The position numbers were made by a program, and so were the translations under genes. This document shows, piece after piece, positions 58,442-64,000 of a DNA stretch of 64,000 nt (within the stretch, counting starts at the first letter, position 1; the number at the start of each line of letters is the position of its first letter). The notes under the pieces were generated by a model that worked only from the letters and a program-made list of their open reading frames with translations, was not told the origin of the DNA and searched no databases. The DNA is from an uncultured archaeon. Lineage in GTDB: Archaea > Asgardarchaeota > Thorarchaeia > Thorarchaeales > Thorarchaeaceae. The DNA lies in the NCBI GenBank assembly GCA_964590575.1, contig CAZPWM010000004.1:275-64274 (forward strand). The letters run 5' to 3'.

Positions 58442-58963
58442 GTGGTTACAAGGGGTTTCATTATGGTTCTTGTTTATCTTTCAGCTCCAATAATCAAGAA
58501 ATCATCGCGAAAGGATGATTTTTGCAGCAATGTTATAAAAATCCTCGAAGATCTTGGGCTCAATGTGTTCGCTCCTCAATTCCTTGGTCCTGCAGAACCA
58601 GAGGAGATTTTCAGACGAGATGTGTACAATATTAGAATGAGTGATTTTATTATCACCGAAGTATCGAACCCCTCATTAGGCGTTGGAATGGAAATTATGT
58701 TAGCAATTGAGCTTGTGAAACCAATCTTAATGTTTTTTGAGGGTGACATTGAATCTTTGTCAAAGATGGTCCGAGGCGCTGATGGTAAGGTACTCATCGA
58801 ATATCGCACACTTGAGGATGTTGAGAAAACACTCCTTACCCACAATCTAGAGAATCTGATTGTTCAAAAATGTCCTATCTGCGGTGCTCAAGTTGCTGAG
58901 GTAGTCGAAGACAGTCTGAAATGTCTTGGATGTGGCTCCGGTGGTCACCAGGTAAGGGTGTAG
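58442..58963 (+). CDS. Rossmann-like (nucleoside 2-deoxyribosyltransferase-like) domain protein with a C-terminal zinc ribbon
   Basis: VYLSAPI start and CPICG...CLGCG. Confidence 0.35.
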   Translation: MVTRGFIMVLVYLSAPIIKKSSRKDDFCSNVIKILEDLGLNVFAPQFLGPAEPEEIFRRDVYNIRMSDFIITEVSNPSLGVGMEIMLAIELVKPILMFFEGDIESLSKMVRGADGKVLIEYRTLEDVEKTLLTHNLENLIVQKCPICGAQVAEVVEDSLKCLGCGSGGHQVRV

Positions 58964-58967
58964 AACG

Positions 58968-59915
58968 GTGGCTGTTTCGCTCATCGATGAATCGACAAGT
59001 AAGAAACAGATTATTCCCCTCTTGCTTCTTTCCGTTTCAATGGTTTCAAGTGCCAGTATTTTGATTCTCTTCAGTTCTTCCCATCCTTTTGTAATCGTTT
59101 TTTGGAGGACCCTTTACGGAGCAATTTTCATGGCTTCGATTGGTGCAGTTAGAGGTGACCTTTCATCTCTGAAAAAACCAGTTGTACGTAATAATTTGCA
59201 TTGGCTTCTTGCCATAGGAGTAACATTGTCTCTTCACTTTTGCACATGGTTTCAATCTCTGTTTATGACAACCGTTGCTGCTAGTGTGGTTCTTGTTGAT
59301 TCATCTCCTATTTTCACTGCAATTCTTTCAACTCTGTTTCTTGGCGAAGCCTTACGAAGAAGATCTTGGTTTGGAATCCTGATAGCTTTGATTGGCGCTG
59401 TTTTCTTAGCCTGGGGTGATTTTGGAGGAAGTGGTATCATAGCTCTGGGAGGGGATCTCCTTGCACTTGCAGGAGCTGTCTTTCTCGCACTCTATTTCAT
59501 AGGTGGCCGGCGAATTGCTAAGGAGATGCCAATTACGGTTTACACTACAGTGATTTACCTGTTCGCAGCGATTAGTACCTTAGTAATCTGTATCGTTTTC
59601 AACCTGAATGTTCTTGTTTTCGAACCAACCGAGGTTGCAATTTTCATTGCTCTAGCAATATTTCCAACTGTACTTGGTCATTCTGTTAATAATTACTTAC
59701 TTACAAAGGTGCCAGCCTATGTTGTTTCTTCAGCTGTTCTGGGAGAACCAATAGGTGCAGCCCTCTTAGCTGCTTTCATTTTCGCACAGATTCCAGGACC
59801 AACAGCTATTATCGGATTCTTTGTGATTCTGGCTGGCATAGCAGTAGTGTTGGTGGATATTGCTGCACGTGAAAGAGATAGAATCTCAACCCTTGATAAC
59901 ACCGATAGGTCGTAA
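58968..59915 (+). CDS. DMT-superfamily (EamA-like) transporter
   Basis: Ten TM segments arranged as two EamA halves. Confidence 0.7.
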   Translation: MAVSLIDESTSKKQIIPLLLLSVSMVSSASILILFSSSHPFVIVFWRTLYGAIFMASIGAVRGDLSSLKKPVVRNNLHWLLAIGVTLSLHFCTWFQSLFMTTVAASVVLVDSSPIFTAILSTLFLGEALRRRSWFGILIALIGAVFLAWGDFGGSGIIALGGDLLALAGAVFLALYFIGGRRIAKEMPITVYTTVIYLFAAISTLVICIVFNLNVLVFEPTEVAIFIALAIFPTVLGHSVNNYLLTKVPAYVVSSAVLGEPIGAALLAAFIFAQIPGPTAIIGFFVILAGIAVVLVDIAARERDRISTLDNTDRS

Positions 59916-61331
59916 CCGTACCGCCTTTGTGGCGATACCCACTGCATCAGAAACTTTCACAACTTCATCAACATCTTTGTACGCTCCAGGTGCTTCCTCT
60001 GCAATCACAATACCCTTGGTTGCTCTTACGAGGATTCCTTCTGAAGCGAGTTTCTGTTGTACTTCTTTCCCGAAGAACTGTTTCTTTGCTTTCGACCGAC
60101 TCATGAACCGCCCTGCTCCATGAGCTGTTGAACCCCATGTCAATTCCATTCCTTTCTGGTTACCAATCAGAATGTATGATGCAGTACCCATTGTCCCTGG
60201 AATAATCACTGGCTGTCCCACCTCTCGATATTTTACTGGCACTTCAGGATGACCTGGCGGAAATGCACGAGTCGCACCCTTTCTATGAACGACGACTTTA
60301 GTCTTCTTTCCATCTATATTATGTTCTTCAACCTTGCCCATATTATGAGCGACATCGTAGATGAGACCCATGTCTAAATCCTCCGCTGAGCTCCGCATCA
60401 CCTTTGCAAATGCTTCTCTTGTCCAGTGCATCATCACTTGTCTATTTGCGAAGGCATAATTCGCTGCTGCACTCATTGCTCCCAGATATGCTTGTCCTTC
60501 AGGTGAGGTTGTAGGTGCACAACAAAGTTCTCGATCTGGAACTTCAATGTTGTATTTTCTCATTGCATGTGTCATTATCTTAATGTATTCAGAGCACACT
60601 TGATGTCCGAGACCACGAGAACCACTATGTATCATCACCATGACCTGTTTCTTTCTGGTGATGCCCATTATCTTAGCTGCTTCTTCGTCATAGATATCAT
60701 CGACCACTTGAATCTCTAGAAAGTGATTCCCTGATCCAAGTGTACCACTCTGTTTGAGACCTCGACTCTTAGCAGTGTCCTGAACATCAGAAGGATTCGC
60801 AATATCGAGTTTTCCATTGGCTTCTTGATGATTTAGATCCTCTTCCCAACCATATCCTTGTTCTATAGCCCACTCTGAACCATTTGCAAGGACCTCATCT
60901 ACTCCTCTATAGTTTCGCAAATCGATTTTGCCTTGCTTTCCTACACCAGTAGGCACATCATCAAATAACTGATCGATTAAGTCTCTAATCTTTGGCTGAA
61001 CGTCACTCTCATCAAGATTTGTTCTTAGAATCCGAACCCCACAATTGATATCATAGCCGACCCCACCTGGAGAAATCACGCCCGATTCATAATCCGTTGC
61101 AGCAACTCCACCTATTGGAAATCCATACCCTTGATGACCATCTGGTAGTACTATGCTGTGTTTGTATATCCCTGGCAGACATGCTGCATTCGTTGCTTGT
61201 GTGAAGGTTGCATCTTGCCTCATCTTCTTTACAAGACTATCAGAGGCAAATATTGTGACCGGAACCTTCATGCATGATTGGGTGCCCTTGGGGATTTCAT
61301 GGATGTATTCAGAGACCTTCTTGATATCCAC
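59886..61331 (-). CDS. rtcB: RNA-splicing ligase RtcB
   Basis: LPGIYKHSIVLPDGHQGYGFPIGGVAA, GYDINCGVR, GSGNHF, HGAGR motifs; 481 aa, no intein. Confidence 0.85.
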   Translation of the reverse strand: MDIKKVSEYIHEIPKGTQSCMKVPVTIFASDSLVKKMRQDATFTQATNAACLPGIYKHSIVLPDGHQGYGFPIGGVAATDYESGVISPGGVGYDINCGVRILRTNLDESDVQPKIRDLIDQLFDDVPTGVGKQGKIDLRNYRGVDEVLANGSEWAIEQGYGWEEDLNHQEANGKLDIANPSDVQDTAKSRGLKQSGTLGSGNHFLEIQVVDDIYDEEAAKIMGITRKKQVMVMIHSGSRGLGHQVCSEYIKIMTHAMRKYNIEVPDRELCCAPTTSPEGQAYLGAMSAAANYAFANRQVMMHWTREAFAKVMRSSAEDLDMGLIYDVAHNMGKVEEHNIDGKKTKVVVHRKGATRAFPPGHPEVPVKYREVGQPVIIPGTMGTASYILIGNQKGMELTWGSTAHGAGRFMSRSKAKKQFFGKEVQQKLASEGILVRATKGIVIAEEAPGAYKDVDEVVKVSDAVGIATKAVRLRPIGVIKG

Positions 61332-61505
61332 TTCGAATCACACTCTTAGAATGGCGCATCGCTTCGTAACTCTGGCTATAAGGCTTGTGAAGTGAGCTTG
61401 ACCCAGAATCTTATTACTCCCTACCCCCAGAAGTGAGCTGGGTAGGATTACCCTAAATTGCAAAGGAGGATGAGTCACCAAGTGCCTGAAGTACGACTGA
61501 CTGCA

Positions 61506-62516
61506 ATGGTAACTTCTCACGGCTGAAGCTGCAAGGTCCAACAGAATGATCTTACTCGCCTTTTACAAACTGCAAACTTGCTTCCTTCTGGGTCTAGTAC
61601 CGCAGAGGAAATCGGTGATGACGCAGTGGTCCGTGTCATCAGTGACGACATAGCAGTTGTAGAAAACGTGGATATCTTCACACCCATCCATGATGACCCT
61701 AACCTACAGGGCGAGATTGTCGCATGCAATGCTACTAACGATATCTTTGCTATGGGTGTCACTGACATTCTCTCATTTCAAGCATTCCTTGCTTATCCCA
61801 AGGATTTGCCAGAAGAGATTGTTGTGGGAGTTCTCAAAGGAATGAAGAGTTTCATGGAACGCCATAGGGCAAAGATTTCTGGTGGCCAGACAATCACGAA
61901 TCCTGTTCCGGTCTTCGGGGGGATTGCACTTGGCACTGCGCACCCGCGTGATATTGTATATTCACGTGGTGCTAAGGCTGGCGATGTAGTCCTTCTGACA
62001 AAGCCACTGGGTATACAACCAGCGATGAGATCATACAGAGACCTTAGAGATGAGAAACGCGATGCGCTTTTGTCTGAATTCAAGGAGTCTGACCTCAAAC
62101 GAATGCAGGATGTTGCTGTTCGGCTGATGACCTTCAGCAATCTTGAGGTTGCTCAAGCAATGCGAAGTGTTGGAGTGCATGCTGCAACAGATATCACAGG
62201 ATTCGGTCTACTCGGTCATGCTGGAAACGTCAGTTCTCTAAGTGGAGTTGATGTGGTTATCGATCAAGTCCCTGTGATTCGTGGGACTCTTCAACTGGCT
62301 GAGTTCTTTGGTCATAAACTCTCAACTGGATTCGGTGCCGAGACCGCAGGTGGAATGCTTGTGTTCTTGGAACCAAGTAAGGAAGAAGAGTTTCGAAGAT
62401 TCCTCAAAGAAAAGAAGCTGCCCTGTTGGCCTGTTGGCAAAGCTGTGAAACCTATAGGATCACCTTGTGCATGTCTTGCACAGGATGCACAGTTTATCGA
62501 GACCGAATTCCCATGA
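61506..62516 (+). CDS. selD: Selenophosphate synthetase SelD with an in-frame UGA (selenocysteine) at 61524-61526
   Basis: Reading from the ATG at 61506 gives MVTSHG-U-SCKVQQNDLTRLL...GDDAVV, which aligns with the SHGAGCGCK...GDDAAV region of SelD/SPS2 and puts U where the catalytic Cys/Sec sits; downstream AIR-synthase-like fold (NDIFAMG, GGQT). Confidence 0.75.
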
Positions 62517-62545
62517 TTACAATGGAAAACCCTCTGGGCCCATGT

Positions 62546-62583
62546 ATGAGGACCGCTGCTGCGAGCAGCCGGTCTCCAATCAT
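62546..62583 (+). other. Stable imperfect hairpin 30 nt 3' of the selD stop; candidate SECIS-like element
   Basis: AUGA GGA CC GCUGC (UGCGA) GCAGC c GG uc UCC aa UCAU, about 16 bp with 3'-side bulges. Confidence 0.25.
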
Positions 62584-62739
62584 TCTCTCAATTTGTCGGT
62601 TTGCGCAATTCAAAGTCACTAGTGTGGTTTACCCTACAGGTGGCGCCTGAAGTTGTCAGACCGACGATAGCACTACAAACCTTATAATGAGCATCAGAAT
62701 ATTGGAAATACGCTAATTCGAAGTCAGAATGGTGGTTGC

Positions 62740-63573
62740 ATGAAGATTGTCGTTACTGGTCCCTATGAATCTGGTAAGAGCCTGATGATTCATCATATCA
62801 CAAACGGTGCATGCATCAATGTTGAACGTAGGGGAACTACAATTGCGATGGACCATGGCTTAGCTAATGTAGATGGAATGAGCGTCTTCATGTTCGGAAC
62901 TCCTGGACTCCTTCGCTTTCGTACGATGCGGAAGATTCTCAGTGAAGGCGCAGATGGAATCGTCTTTGTCGTTGATTCAGTTGATCCAGAATCTGACGCT
63001 CGTGCAAAGTTGTTTTTCAGAGAGATTGCATTCTTCTTACCTGGAGTGCCCTGTGTAGTTGCAGCGAATAAACAGGACCTTCCGGAAGCCCGACCCATCG
63101 ATCATCTTCGGAAGAATCTTAGATTTCTAGCTGGTCTCCCAGTGTTTCCTGTTTCAGCCAAAACTGGAGAAAATGTTGACAGTATGCTCCGGACACTTCT
63201 GTATCTTGTTATGATGCAATGGAGTTCTGTCTTTAGAAAATTTGCTGAGCATAGTGGAGATAAGAAAGGGCTTAGTAAAATGATGAAAGACCTGAATATT
63301 GAACGCGAACAAGCAGTAGGTTATCTGCGCCGGTTTGAGCTGAGGAAGCTACTAGAAGTCCAAGTGGGCGACGAGCAGTTCGTCGTCAAAGACTCTGTGC
63401 AACCGCTTCTCGAGAATCCCGTCTTACTTATGCGTCGGTTGTTTGAATTTCATCTTTATTTCATCAACGCGCTCTTTCTAGATGTTTTAATATCGCATCC
63501 AATGTCGTTCAGAAAGAATCAAAAGCGATATAGCCCGCCAACGTTGATGTTTTCAGGTGAGTCAAATGAGTGA
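62740..63573 (+). CDS. MglA-like small GTPase with a roughly 110-aa C-terminal extension
   Basis: GPYESGKS (compare MglA GPGLCGKT), FGTPG (compare TVPGQ), GADGIVFVVDS, NKQDLP. Confidence 0.65.
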   Translation: MKIVVTGPYESGKSLMIHHITNGACINVERRGTTIAMDHGLANVDGMSVFMFGTPGLLRFRTMRKILSEGADGIVFVVDSVDPESDARAKLFFREIAFFLPGVPCVVAANKQDLPEARPIDHLRKNLRFLAGLPVFPVSAKTGENVDSMLRTLLYLVMMQWSSVFRKFAEHSGDKKGLSKMMKDLNIEREQAVGYLRRFELRKLLEVQVGDEQFVVKDSVQPLLENPVLLMRRLFEFHLYFINALFLDVLISHPMSFRKNQKRYSPPTLMFSGESNE

Positions 63574-64000
63574 TGAAATAGAAGACATGGACCCTGCAGA
63601 AATCTTGGAACAGGCTGCTGAAGCTTTGGAAGCTGGAGAGAAGGATACAGCCGCAAAGATGTTCAATGCAGTTGGTAATTTCTATATGTCTCTTGCAGAA
63701 TTTGAAGAGGCTCACAAATGCTTCGAAGACTCTCTGAAAATCTATCAAGATATGAAAGATGAAACCGGTATTTGCGATACAATGTACAATCTTGGAGTGG
63801 CACAAATCAACCTTGAGCATTGGGATGAAGCAATTGCGACACTTGAATCTTCAAGAAAAATGTTTGAGAAGTCTTCTAACACTAGCGGTGCTGCTGATGC
63901 CACCTATGGTCTTGCTTTGGCAACCTTAGGTCAAGGGAACTTTGATACTGCCATGGCTCACTTCAAGAAAGCTCAACGTGCGTACACTACACTTGAGAAC
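63566..64000 (+). CDS. TPR-repeat protein (5' part; runs off the window end), translationally coupled to the MglA-like GTPase
   Basis: Repeated A..Y/F..LG..A TPR helices; 8-nt overlap with the upstream gene. Confidence 0.55.
   Translation, partial: MSDEIEDMDPAEILEQAAEALEAGEKDTAAKMFNAVGNFYMSLAEFEEAHKCFEDSLKIYQDMKDETGICDTMYNLGVAQINLEHWDEAIATLESSRKMFEKSSNTSGAADATYGLALATLGQGNFDTAMAHFKKAQRAYTTLEN

Overview
This 64 kb window looks archaeal and gene-dense, with about 40% GC; I propose it comes from an Asgard-type archaeon (inference, not tested). Archaeal translation and RNA-processing markers: aIF5A, ribosomal proteins S26e and L13e, class I LysRS, RtcB, a CCA-type nucleotidyltransferase, TrmY, Nob1 and PAC2. 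Eukaryote-like signature proteins: a Rab-like GTPase, an Arf-like GTPase, an MglA-like GTPase, Roadblock/LC7 proteins, V4R (Bet3/TRAPP-like) proteins and a short XPF nuclease. Recognisable loci: a divergent NikR / NikMNQO (CbiMNQO-type) nickel ECF transporter; tRNA-Leu(CAG) whose 3' end is repeated about 760 bp downstream; glutamine synthetase; two MacB/FtsX-type ABC systems; an inositol-lipid gene set (inositol-3-phosphate synthase, a CDP-alcohol phosphatidyltransferase and PfkB kinases); and a selenophosphate synthetase (selD) whose reading frame passes through an in-frame TGA (selenocysteine), which the ORF track splits. The most unusual region is 26.2-31.2 kb: two paralogous two-gene cassettes, each a Roadblock-fusion protein followed by a V4R protein, plus a third V4R gene and membrane/wHTH/ABC neighbours. 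I read this as a candidate GTPase-regulatory, proto-TRAPP-like module. Other notable points: an Arf-like GTPase with an N-terminal Roadblock-like domain and a ~330-aa acidic disordered tail, preceded by a GC-rich structured segment that may be an ncRNA; and an MglA-like GTPase translationally coupled to a TPR protein. No CRISPR array, rRNA or complete mobile element is visible. All functional calls rest on motif-level reading of the supplied translations, since no database search was possible.
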